From contig JAQGDQ010000588.1 in NCBI GenBank assembly GCA_030141605.1, positions 62,001-126,000 on the forward strand: a stretch of DNA of 64,000 bases. Reading direction: 5' to 3'. Both the position numbers and the translations under genes were made by a program. The notes under the pieces were generated by a model. The model was given only the letters and a program-made list of their open reading frames with translations, made no database searches and was not told where the DNA came from. Positions 1 to 12,800 of the stretch are shown piece after piece (the first letter of the stretch is position 1; each line of letters opens with the position of its first letter). This DNA is from Tubiluchus corallicola (Eukaryota > Animalia > Priapulida).

Positions 1-865
1 GTGGCTTAGGAATAGTATTCTTACTTTGTATGGAGGTGATTTTTGCTTAAGTTCCCATGCAAGTCATACTGAAAATACTTACAATAAATGTTGCTTTTAG
101 TTCTTCATCTATTCTTGTGTTGCGCTAGTGGTATAATTACTGATTTCATGGTTGTATTGCTGTGACTGCATTAAAATTAATTTCAGCATTGTTAACTAAA
201 TTTAAACAACATTTTGGTATGGTTATGTGGATGTATGAGAAAGCAAATTTTGGTGGTCGAATCATGACCATAAACTTATGGTCAATGTTGAAATTTAAGG
301 GGACTGTCTCTACAACTTGATGTGCAGATGATAGTTTATTAATATCTGCAATTTTTTTTTACCATGTTGTCTAGTTTTAAGTTTAACATTTTCTTAATGT
401 TGTGTTTTTCAACGTTTGCAAGTAAGTTGGTAAAATTTACTGAAAAATTAAAGTGGTCAAATTTTTAGGAGTTTTCATTTTAACATTTAAACAAATTTCC
501 TAAATCTTACCAGCACAGTGAATCACGAGTAAAACACTCAGTTATTTAAAACAATGTTTAATAACTGATTTTTTTGTTTTTTATTCTACCCTTTTGTTAC
601 ATTCGAAAAATGATTTATGCAAATAAGTGAAAGCTAGCAAGTGACCTATTTTCTTTCACCTGAGAGATTTGCAACCTTGATTTGTTTGCAAAGAAGATTG
701 TTTCCAAGTGAATGATGTGGCCATGCATAAGCGTACATACTGCCCAGTGTATTATAAGTAAACTGTTTGTTCATCACTATATTTGAGTTTCCAGCAACAT
801 GTATTACGTACATTTGCGTACCTGCTTTTTCCTGTACTTAACATCAACATTTCGTCTGTTTCCAG

Positions 866-3800
866 AGCAACTGCCCGGCAGCGGTTCATGCTTTTCGTCA
901 TCGAAATATTGACGGACAGAAGTTTTTGGTGAGTTTGACCTGTTTGAGGCAGAATGCGTTCCTAGGTATTCTTGATGTGCTGCAGTTATTTAGTCAATTT
1001 GAATAATGGCCTTTGTGTGACATGAAACATATTTTGGCCGTACACGTGTACTCCTTAGTGTTCGGCCATGGATGTCTGGCAGCCAAAGTGTCTTTATTAA
1101 TTTCTTGTAGTAAGTAAGATAAAATGAGACAGATTCGGTGAGGTGCTGTGAGGTATGATGAGATAAGGTGAGGTGAGGTAAGAGAAGATAAGATAAAATA
1201 AGAAACTATTTAAAACTCTGTGACCCTTAAACGGGTATGAAATTTACCCTCTTTACGTGAGTGCCAAGTATAGAACAAGGTGTTGATAATTTACAACACA
1301 AATTAAAACACAACAACAAAACTACAATAAAAAGAAATTAAGTAAAAACATGGTTACTTAGAATTTATTAAAGCAGATTTTTAAAAACACTTGTAACACT
1401 AAGCTTTAACAAACTATTAAAAGATTTCAGGTTCACGAAAGTATAATCAATGAATGGTATTGTAACACATACCTTGCTGCATTTTATAAGATTTTTTCCT
1501 AATTTCTCTCTGCAAACAATACACTAGTTAATCACCTAAGCAGTAAATTAATACACTTCTAGTTGGCAGAAATTGTTGTAGCTTCGTTGAATAATGGTCT
1601 TTATCTTATTTGAATCTGCTTCTCTTTACTGATAAGACACGTTTTGAAAACAGAAAGTAGCTTTTTGACATAAAAAACTTATTAAGCAGTGGCAGTTGAC
1701 TTAGTAGGTAAGCTTCCGAGGAAAAAGTACATAGGCCCATTGATTTTTCGTTTTTCGTCCATAAAATGTTATTATAAACTTATAAAGGGACTGTACTTGT
1801 TTTTTTATGTGTTTAAATTAATATAGTTTGATCAAAAGCATAATGCAGTTGTCATCCAGGTTGTTTAGTGTAATTATTGTTTCAATCCACTTTGAAGCAA
1901 AATTTTTAATAGTGTGGAGTTCAAATGGGTTCAAAGGTCAAAATCGAGGAATTATTTAAAGGTACCTTTTCCAGTATTTGTAGTTTTTTAGTGGTAGGAT
2001 TTTCACTTAAAAAAAACTAAAAAAAATTTACCTGCTAAAGATTTGCGTGATATTTAACACTCCACAGACAGACACTTTTTTAGTTTAAATGCAAACCTTA
2101 AATGAGAATTTTTCTAGATGATTGTGGTTTATAGTTTAAATGTAAACCAAATTTTAGAATTTTTCTAGATAATTCTAGAAGTGGCTAGTCATTGGAAAGA
2201 ATTCAAGGCTGAAATTGTGCCAAATCAGTATATGGACTGCCCTCATAGAGAACTTACTAATTTTGCTATGGTTTAACAACAGGGCTATGATTTATAAATG
2301 CTTTTAATTTTAGCTGCACCTAAATGAAACAAGCAGAATGTTATTTTGTGCATTATTCATTTAGCCATACATGCGCTTGACAATATTTTTTCGTTCTTTG
2401 AGTTACTTGTTCGTTATCTTTTTTTACCTTGTTTATTTGTTATTAATTTCAAGTAATGTTCAAGTATGACTTTGTGTTTTAAAACCAGTGTTTAAAATGT
2501 ACTTTATAACAGGGAATGTGATTGTTTTTACTTTTGTGGCATACAAACTTCTAATTTAAATAACAAGTGTTTTCCTGACTACTTTGATGTTTCTCTGACA
2601 AGTGGCACATTAATGGTTTACAAACTGACTGATTTTTTACTGTTTTAGGCTTTGGATGAATGCAACTTGCTGACATGGACCGACTTGCCAATCAGGTATA
2701 GAAGGTACGTCATGGCTGACATTAAGATGTTACCTTTGACAAGTTTGTTGTGGTAAATCTCGGATATTTCTTAATTTTCAAGAGTGAGAACGATGAGTGA
2801 GAAATGAAAAATGTCTTTTTTCTTTGGTGTAGCATTTTTTATTTATTCGTTAAATGATTAATAATTTGTCTGCTTAAATAGTTCATTTCTGAAAATTTAT
2901 GAACACGGAAATGTTTGGGGAATGAATGTCATGTTCATATTATTTACAGAATTTGGTATCTGGTTTCAGTTTGGTTAACATGGAACGGTTCAGCTGTATT
3001 AGTCAGTTATTAGTAATAAATATTATATATGAGCAAAGGGCAAGTAAGTTGTATCTGCATATTTGAAAGACGTTTTCTTGTGAATAACACAGTGACAAGT
3101 GTTGCCTCCTGCCTTGGAAGACCAAAACGCCTAGAAAGGTGGTGAGATGAATATTGTTTGCAGAAGCTAATAGTTTACAAGGAATGACAGGAAAACCATT
3201 TTCAGTTAAGGAAACTTGTAGAGTGTCAGGCAATCCAGTTTACGAAATTTAGGAAGATGCTTTGATTGAAAACTGAAGAAGGGATACCTGACTGAGGGGG
3301 GACAGTCATGGCAATAAAATATTTGCTGACTTTCGTATTTCATTACTGTGTTTCTGTGCACAGTTTGCCAAGTAATGTTAGCCAAAAATTGCATTTTGCT
3401 TTTTCTTTTCATTTATTTTTTATTTTTGTTGGAGAATGCATGTTTAATCACTTTTGTAATAACTATTTTTTCTTTCAGACTTATTGCAGATTCTGTAAAG
3501 TGTTTGACAGCTTTGTCAAACGGACACAGGTAATATAGTGTTTATGTTATCAATAGGTTTAAAAATTCATGTAGATTTGTGTCTGGTAAAGAGCATTTGA
3601 GTAGAAAAAGTGATTTTACAGAAAAAAGTTTTAGATGTTATACTAGAGCTCGAAATTGTCTATGGTATAATATATCTTGAAGGCAAATATTGTTTCTAGA
3701 ATTATTAACTTTAAAAGAGCTAGTGTTTTAGAACTCTGATTCAGTTAAAATTCAATGTTACAAGCATTTTACCATTCCTGCTATGATAGAATTTGCTGCT

Positions 3801-6800
3801 ATGGTAATACCAGGACCATTGATTGTACACTTCGTCTTGCTGAAAGTCATTATAGGCTACCTGTTAAATGAAGCCTTCTTCTAATAAATTCTGTTTACTT
3901 ACCATGGAGCTAGCTAATGAGTTTTGAGTTTATAAGGATTTTAACATGGTTCTTGTGAACATTTTGTTTTTTTTACTGCAAGGTGATTATTATATTCTGT
4001 TTTATAGTGAGATGAGGTTCCCATTAAGTTTACCTGCTGGTAGATCGCGCAGTACACCTCCGGTTCCTCCAAAATCGGATTATGGTGAGCATATTGCTTT
4101 CTAGTATCACTGGTCTATAGGTTTTCTGAAACCTTTTCTGTGAAAAGGCTAATGAGTAAATCCTTAGAATAAATTTTTTTAATTGTAGTATTTTGCTGTT
4201 AATATATTTTGTTGACCTTGATGTTTCCAGATTTTTTATTTTTGTCCTCAGATGTTACTAAGCTCTGTAAGACAATTAAAATCAAATAATTTACCATGTG
4301 ATTTAAAATTATGATTTAAATTAATAGATGAATTTATAGATGACGCACAAGTTTTGAACATCTGTGTCAATGCATAATGACATTGTTTACACACAAATTG
4401 ATAGCTGTTCAATGAGTTGTCTGCTCGGCCATTTACTAGCAAGTTTCTATCTTAGTTATCTGGAAGACAATTGTTCTGTTTCATTTCTACCTTCTCGCCT
4501 ACCTTTTATAAACAATGTGTAAATGACACTTTCGCTGCATTTAACCACATGTCACATATTGAGTTTTTTCTGCATGATCTCAACATTTGCTCACTTTTAA
4601 AATTCACCTGAGAAATTAATAACAACAATTTCTTAAATTTGATTATCGTTACTTGTGATACTAGTCATCCCAATGTCACTTCATCTGTACATAGAAAAAA
4701 CAATTTAGCATTGTGCAACAACAGGTCGAGGTGCAAGTATTCTGCTATTAACTTTATGGTTAACAGAGCACTCAAAATTTGTTCTATTCAAACAGTGTTA
4801 AATATTGGTATTTAAAAGCATGGTATTTCATGTCTAAAACTGGATCGTAATTAGGCCTATAAAACTGATACTCATTACAACCAGTCATCAGTCAGTTGTT
4901 GCCTAACTGTCGAAGTGCAATTTTGCTGTGGGAAATGTTTTGGGATGAACCAATGATGGCAATGATGATGGTGATGATGATGATGACGATGACGATGATG
5001 ATACTGCTATTTCCTTCCTAATGTTGGCAGGTACGTGGTTGGTATTGTAGTTAAATTTTTGTTGTTACTTACATCAGTAGTAGCTAATTAGTATTTTTAT
5101 ATTAAGCAGAAGAGCCTGACTGCGACTCAGATGGATGGGGCTCAGATTTTGCGGAGGATGATCATCATGCACAAGTAAGTCTAATTTACTTCGTAGTTGC
5201 TTATTTATTTGTTTATCTATTTTTTCTTTCTCTGTCGAGAACAAGGATAAAATTTGTTTTTATTTTTCGTTCAGTGCACTAGACTGAATGTTTTTATCTT
5301 AAGTTTGTTCTCGAAAAGTATTATTAGTGTTTGATGTCCATTGCCATGTCACCTGTATATTTTTATAAATGAAAGCAATAAACAAATGAGTTAAAACATC
5401 ATGATCTACTTATTTACATTATCACTTCATAACGTGCAATCCATAAATGTAAATATATAAGTGTTAGTAGATGTCGCAACATATTACAATTCAATATTTA
5501 ATCATGGGAATTTCTATTCCGACACCTACAGTGTCTTTATTAAATTTAGAGATAGCTTTGCCTATAAACATGAGGAAAGACCTGCTCCACTCAACTTTCA
5601 CGGTCGTCAGGTTTTCCCCAACGAGTTGATTTCCTTTCTCGGACTTCATGGCCTATTCATTAAACAGTTACACGGTTAACGATGCGATGAGACAGGTTTC
5701 CTATATACATGCTTGCACAATAAAACTACAGAAGTAATTATGGACTCTTTCTTTAAATACTTCGTACAGTTATTTATATAGAGCAAATATTAATTTTCTT
5801 ACTTCCAAAATGAGTTTCCGACATTCTCTCTGTACTAATTTATATATTTTCCTGCATATGACTCTTCGTATACCTGCCTGCAGTAAAGGTTCATTCGTCC
5901 ATCATATTGATGTGATTTGAGTGAATGTGATTGAGATTAATATGATTTATTAAAAAAGGATGACTAGGTAACTACAAAGCTAAATTTTGATTATAAAATA
6001 AATCGAGAATCACATTTTAATGATACCTTTGATGATATTGTTCGCCCTTGAAAGTAAAATTGATATTTGTAAATATTTGACAGTAGTTTTTAGGTCCCCT
6101 GACTTTAGTCAGTAAGGGGAAGGATTGCCGTCACGCGGAGTGTGTCGGGTGTCGTCCACAATTGACTTAATTTTCTGTAATTAGCCAAAACCTTTTGTCT
6201 CAGGTCATTGACTTTTGGTGTGCAGAAACCTTGGCACAAAGTGCATGTCATGTGTCAAAATGAATGACCTAGAATTCAAAGGTCGCGATCCAGAGGATCA
6301 TGAATTTTCATTTTATGTGGAATTTTGGGCATTTTGCTAAAAATCTACGCGATGTTTGCGATAAACAAAATGTTTTTATAGCAATTTTGGACAGTAGATT
6401 ATATGACCTTTCAAAAGTCCAGCGGTTGCTATGGTGCACGAGGTCTTAATTTGGCAGTAGCTAGGTTGTAAAGATGACCATTTCTTCCAAGTACAATTTT
6501 GAGGCTAAACAGATTCAACATATAGAAAACATGCAATGCTAGAGTTTTCGACATTGCCAAAATTTTGGCCCACCCAGAGTACCCAAAGATCATCAACAGA
6601 GAATGTCTCAATCATCTCGAGTAATATATGAAATTAAAGCTTGGTGTGAGGCGGGTTTGACACTAGCAAATGTTTCCCACCAGGGGTCACCTAAAGGTCG
6701 TCTACAAGGAATGTGTCCAACGTATTGTGTAAGATATTCAAATAATGAGGCGACTTGATGAGTTTATTAAAACATCGAGCATCGTTGACAAACGATTTAA

Positions 6801-9800
6801 TTTTCTTTATTTTGCCAAAACCTTTTGTCCTTTGTGTTAGGTTTTTGGTGTGTAGTATAATAGTAACCTTTGCATAAAATGCATGTCAAACTGAATGACC
6901 AAGGTAAAAAATTTTGAACCATCTGGGGTCATCCAAAGGGCATCTAAAAGGAATGTTGCAAACAATTGTGTATTAATTATAGCAAATTAAAGCTTACATG
7001 TACGGAACTATAAGCTTATAAACTCAGTACTAGAATCATAATTTTAAGGATCACTTCTGGGCCTGGTTTAGGAAGATGCGAAATGCAAAGTTAATAGGAA
7101 GACAACAGAGAGCACAGCGGGATATAACAATCCAGAGCATATAATTAGTGGCCTGTGTGATGGAAGGCACTATCAGAGTTTTTCTGACTCTAAGCAATTT
7201 GTATACTAGTAGGATGTCATGGCAACGTGATAACGTATGACCCCAATAAACTACTGTGCCTTTGTGCTTGAGCAATTATTTTACTACATGTCATACAAGT
7301 TTGTTGTGGTTATTGCAAATTTTTCTTCAGGGGACCTACACCGTGTCACATTAACGGTCTTTTTCATAACTCATCTCATTATCTTAACTTTTTGGCTGCC
7401 TGAGAGTAAGTATGGCGTAAGTCTTCTTTTTTAGTATGGATATCGCTAACAGAAATTCCAGCTCAAATTTGGCTTCATTTAGCAAATTGCTGTCCCTTCC
7501 TTAAAAGAATAAAATGCCTTATCTATTGCCCCTTGGAGTTATAGTGCAAAAAGTGAAGAGTAAGCCATGTATTTTCCAGTAGGGATATAATAGCAACAAC
7601 AACAACATCTAGGCACAACCAAATCTAATTAATATTGTTACGTCTTATTGTTCACTTGGGTTCATGTTCACTGTTCACAAAAAACATTAGTTGTTGTAGA
7701 AGTTTTTGCTCACCTTACGCGATATGGTTCTGGCTGAACAAAAATTTTACTTTATGTATTGAAGACTTACTTATAAATTGCACTAAAGCTAGCTAACTAG
7801 GGATACCATCTATTGATAATTAAACCTCATAGATTATAATAGTTTCAGACCAACACTATAACCAGTAAAATATTTGGTGCACGACCTTGTTTCAGCACTT
7901 AATCAATATTCCAACTCTGTTTTGTAGTGTTTTATATGATGTTTCTAGTAAAAAAATAAAAAAGTAATAAATTTACAATTTTATACTTGACTGAAAACAG
8001 TAATCCTTATAATTATGTTTATTTGACAAACTAAACCACTTTACTATACTCAGTATAATCAACTTCTCCATATCAGTAGTCTATTATAATTTGTAATGGC
8101 ATTAATCTTGTAGCTCTAAATTCTATTAAACACAACTGACAAGATTTAGTTATAAATGAATCCAATTTGCTTATTTGTACGACTTTCTATCAGATTAATA
8201 AGAAGTGACATTAATTAAACTAAAGTGTGCAAAATTTTCAGTTAACAACAATCAAAAATAACATATAAATGTTGTATTTACTTACATTGTAGGTCTTGAT
8301 AAAGCAAATTTGCCATTTATCAATGTATCTAATAGGCTGTAACATTATCATTTGTGAAACTTGTGCTAACATTGTGAAGCCTGTTAACATCTGCAGACCA
8401 TTAGGTAACTGCCTGGTAAACACAGGTAAGCACAAGTGAGTGAGGGCCCCGCAAGATAACCACATATGGCATCCAGCTATATGTAATTGTAAATTATTTA
8501 TAGCACAGAAATAATTCTGACAAGGATTGGAACCTTCACCAAAAATAAGAATACGAAAAGAGGCAACATTTCAGTCAACTGCTATTATTTTCACTTGAAG
8601 CTAATAATAAAATTGTGTGAAAGATCGCTAAATATTTCTTTTTGATTGTAAAACCAAAACACAATTGTTGTTTAGCATATAATATACTGGAGAAAACTGC
8701 AAAACATCACAGAAACATCAGGTTTTTAGGGACATGAATAAAATAAAAAATTATAATTGTTTTTAATAAACATGATCTGACAATGAGAACTAGAGAGTGG
8801 TCATAACATCTTGTAAAGTTATATAAAATTTCTTTTAAAGGGTGATATTTCTGTAAACGTTATAATTGTTCTTGCTATTAAGAATTTGTTGACTATTTCA
8901 GCTAGAAATCGATTACTTGCCTGCATCTTAATCGAATACTTTATGATTACTTTTTTATTAATGAATTTTTAAAAAATTGAAATGCGAAAAATGCAAAATG
9001 CATTTGAAATAATTTTCAACACCTGTAAATTGTGGACGTAATCACTTTCAAACACAAAACTCGTGTAGCTCCACCTTCAGCGATTTCAGTTAAGCTTTAG
9101 TATGCAGTGTGAGTACAGGTTGTATGAGCCACCCATTTTTTCCTTCAGGTTTCTCATTTGTGGCATTCTCTATTAGAAAACTGCTTCTCTGAAAACTACA
9201 ACTTTGCCTGCTTCAAGAGAAACAGCAATAGCAATCATTCTACCATCACTAGCAATTAAATTATAAGAATCCTGTTTCTCTGGATACCTTTTTATTGTAG
9301 CCCTTATACTCATTGATCATTGACCTTGTTAGGGTACTATTTATATGAAAGAGATATTTTCATTCAAGTTTTTCATATGAATGTGGATTTTTTAAAGATA
9401 ACACCGCAGATATTATGCAGGATCAATGGCAGTATCAGTTCCATAAAACATGGGCTTTCTAAGTAGTTACCACCTGATGACATTAACCTTTGTTACTTTG
9501 TAACCTTTGCTGCACTTACTATATCGGCATGCTATTAATATGATAAAAACATTATTGCAAAATCTGTTTCATGTTTGCATGACATACTTGGGGTTTTTCA
9601 GTCACGTATGGGGTTTTCAGTATCTTTGTTTTTCTATAGGTTTGTACTTTGCACTAGTGTTATCATATATCAATGCTTGTTCTATCTTTGCTTACTTAGT
9701 ACTAAATGTCATGAAAAACTATTAAAAGCATTTTGGTGCTCCAAATAACAAAGTCTGTTTATGCATTGAGTGACAACAAGCAGCTTATATCAGGGCTGTT

Positions 9801-12800
9801 ATTTGAAGTACAGCTATATTGCATTCTGTGCACATGCAGATGTATTCCAGTTGCTTAGAATTAACCAATTTGAAAAATGTTGCTTAATATGTATTGGCAG
9901 CCATGCTACTGTAATTTTTGCGACAAAAATTAATCTTTTTATGTTCACATGAATGAGTTTGTAACTTGAATTTCTTGGCCAGTATAAATAGTCGGTGCAA
10001 CTGTGTCTGAAAGTCTGAAATAGCGTATTGGCAAAGAAGTGAAATTGCGTTCTTCTAAGTAAATGAAATGGCGAGTGGAGGATACCAGCAGAAGACAGAA
10101 ATGATGGGGATTCGACTGCCACAAGCTAGGGATACTCTTGATGGATTGAAAGTCAGACGCATACGTGGAGAACTTTCACCGGAAGAGTATCAACAGCGTA
10201 AGCAAATGTGTGCTGAAAGAAAGCGACCAAATGTGAAACAGTACTTTATTGATCAGAATAATGCAGTCGGGAGAGATTTTCCAGATGATGGTGACACCTA
10301 TGCTGAAATCCCAGAAGATTCTGTTGACGACCAACAAGAGAACTGTAATGTACAGGTAGATTATGAACAGTTGCCTAAACCAGTTCCGAAACCTCGAGGC
10401 ATGCTAAACAGTTTTGAGAATAAGGTAGTATACTTATGAGTGTTATTCTGGAAATGTTATAAGGAGTGCTTCTTTAAAAAATCTGTGTGGGCATTAATAT
10501 AATCGGAGTCTCCACTCACTCCCTCCCTCTTGCTCTCCCTCTTCCATTACCAGTACATGAAACAATAGTTTTAGTTGTGTCAGCAAACAAATATCTTCTG
10601 ATTTTTCTAATTAAAAATAAGTTGTAGTTACCTGCTTTGCGTCTATGTTTTACATGTGTTCTATAATAAAGTCCTAAATAAATTGCTAAAAGTTTAGTGC
10701 TTTCAGATAGTCTAATAACTAATTGTTGTATTGCATCACTAACAGATTTCTACAGATCACTACAATCTTGCTGCAATTCATTTTCAGCGTATCTGAAAAT
10801 GACATCCAGCTGTTTACATGTCCCAGTGTAGACTACAGTGTAGAAATATAGTTTATTTCCTTCTAAGTAACCCCAGATTTGAGAAACTGTTATAAAAACT
10901 GTGGTCACCAGCATATGCTGTTAAATTCACCTTACTTGGTAGCTTTGTAGAACCTCCAATAATGTGCTGGTATATAAAGTAAATATCACTGGTCCTGTCC
11001 TGCCACTGGTCCTGGTCCCCCCCCCCCCCCCGATGCAGTTTGAAACTTGAAAAGAATAATTAGCTAAATATCGTTCAAAGAATTTTAATGCAGTATCTTT
11101 TTCTTCAAACTTAGATTGTAGAACAGTTAATAACACTCTGTGGTCGACAGTATCGAAAGCGGAACAACAAGTGTGGCTTTTTTATATGTAATATAATTAC
11201 TGACTTTACTGAATGCAGTCTCAGTGCTATGAAAGTCTTGTTATGCACTTTGATAGTCAGGCATAAGATTGCAATCCATTAAACAGCCTGAGAATTAAAC
11301 CATTGTAATCTTCTCTGTAACCTTTCATAAGAATGATAAGTTGCTTACTGGTCTGAAACTTGCCTTTACATTACAATGAAGACTGTGTTTCTTAAGCATT
11401 GGTTTAGTAACACGTTTTTCCAATCACCAGCAAAATGATCAGATATCAATTAGTGCTAGAAAAACATGAACTTGTCTTTTTAGCAAAGTGGTTGGTAGAG
11501 GATCAAGAAGACAAGTGTTCGAGACATAACTTGTAGACTTCATAGGTAGAGGATCAAGAAGACAAGTGTTCGAGACATAACTTGTAGACTTCATAGGTAG
11601 AGGACCAAGAAGACAAGTGTTCAAGACATAACTTGTGGACTTTGTAACTTGTAGAAATCTTGTATACCTCGCTAACACTTAGGGCCACATAGGCTGTTTG
11701 CCAAGTGGTCTATGTCCTTATAACTTGGAAACTTCACAGTTTACTTCATAGCACACATAAATAGTAGTTAAGCAACATCAGATAGGAAATAAAATATTTA
11801 GATGAGACGGATGATTTGCAGAGCAAGTGTATTCATCTTGCAGCAAATTGATAGAAAAAGTGAGTTAAGTGGACAAAACAAAACAAAGAGCTGCTTTCTT
11901 AGTACAGGTCTAAGAAATTTCGAGGAACTATATTTAACATAAGTTAACAAACTCTTATCATGTTAGGCATTACAGTTGTAAATCATTTAAAATGATTTCT
12001 AATGGTAATCAATATTTTTGAAGATAGTAACAGTTTCGCCATTGAATACATCTAAATGGTAAAAATGCTAACAAACTTGACATTTTAGAAATTCCAGTTT
12101 TCAAATTTTTATGCGGCTTTGCTCCTTAACTTTCAGACCTTTGTTACAACTCACCTCCGCCCACTTGGTTGTCCTAGACCATCACCGGGATGCCAGGTTA
12201 TAGTCCTTGGGACATTTGTATTCCACCCACAATATAGGCATTCCAAGTTATCAACATTGATACGACAGTCGTGCTGTTGGTCAAATAGAGATTAGTCGCG
12301 GTGGTTAGACCTAATCTTGTCAAATTTTTCATAGAAAAACTGTTCAAACTGGTTGGCTGATTTCTCATGCTCACCATCTGGAGAGGACCTCTCCTGTCTC
12401 TTCCAACAAATGATTTCACCAATGTAAAAAAAGTTTACGTGAATCATTCCCGCACTCAGCAATTTCTTCTCACATCACCAAATCCATAAGAGCGCAACTT
12501 GACAAAATATTTCTAAAATTCGTAAATTTTGCCGAGTTTGTTGAACATCGGGTCCCCAGCCATTTAAGCTCAGCTCGCCATTTAGCTTTTTTCAGTGTAT
12601 GCAGCTCTGGGTTATATTGGAGAAGGGCTATTGTGTGCAATAACCTTTTTAATCATGTGCATGTTGGTCAAGTAACTAAATTGAATATTGTAATAGCTAT
12701 CTAAATCATTGGTGGACACGAGATTCTCGCTGTTGACAACCATCTTGTTGTTAACAAACTATTTGTAATGTTGTTGTAGTTTGTAAACTCATCACACTCA

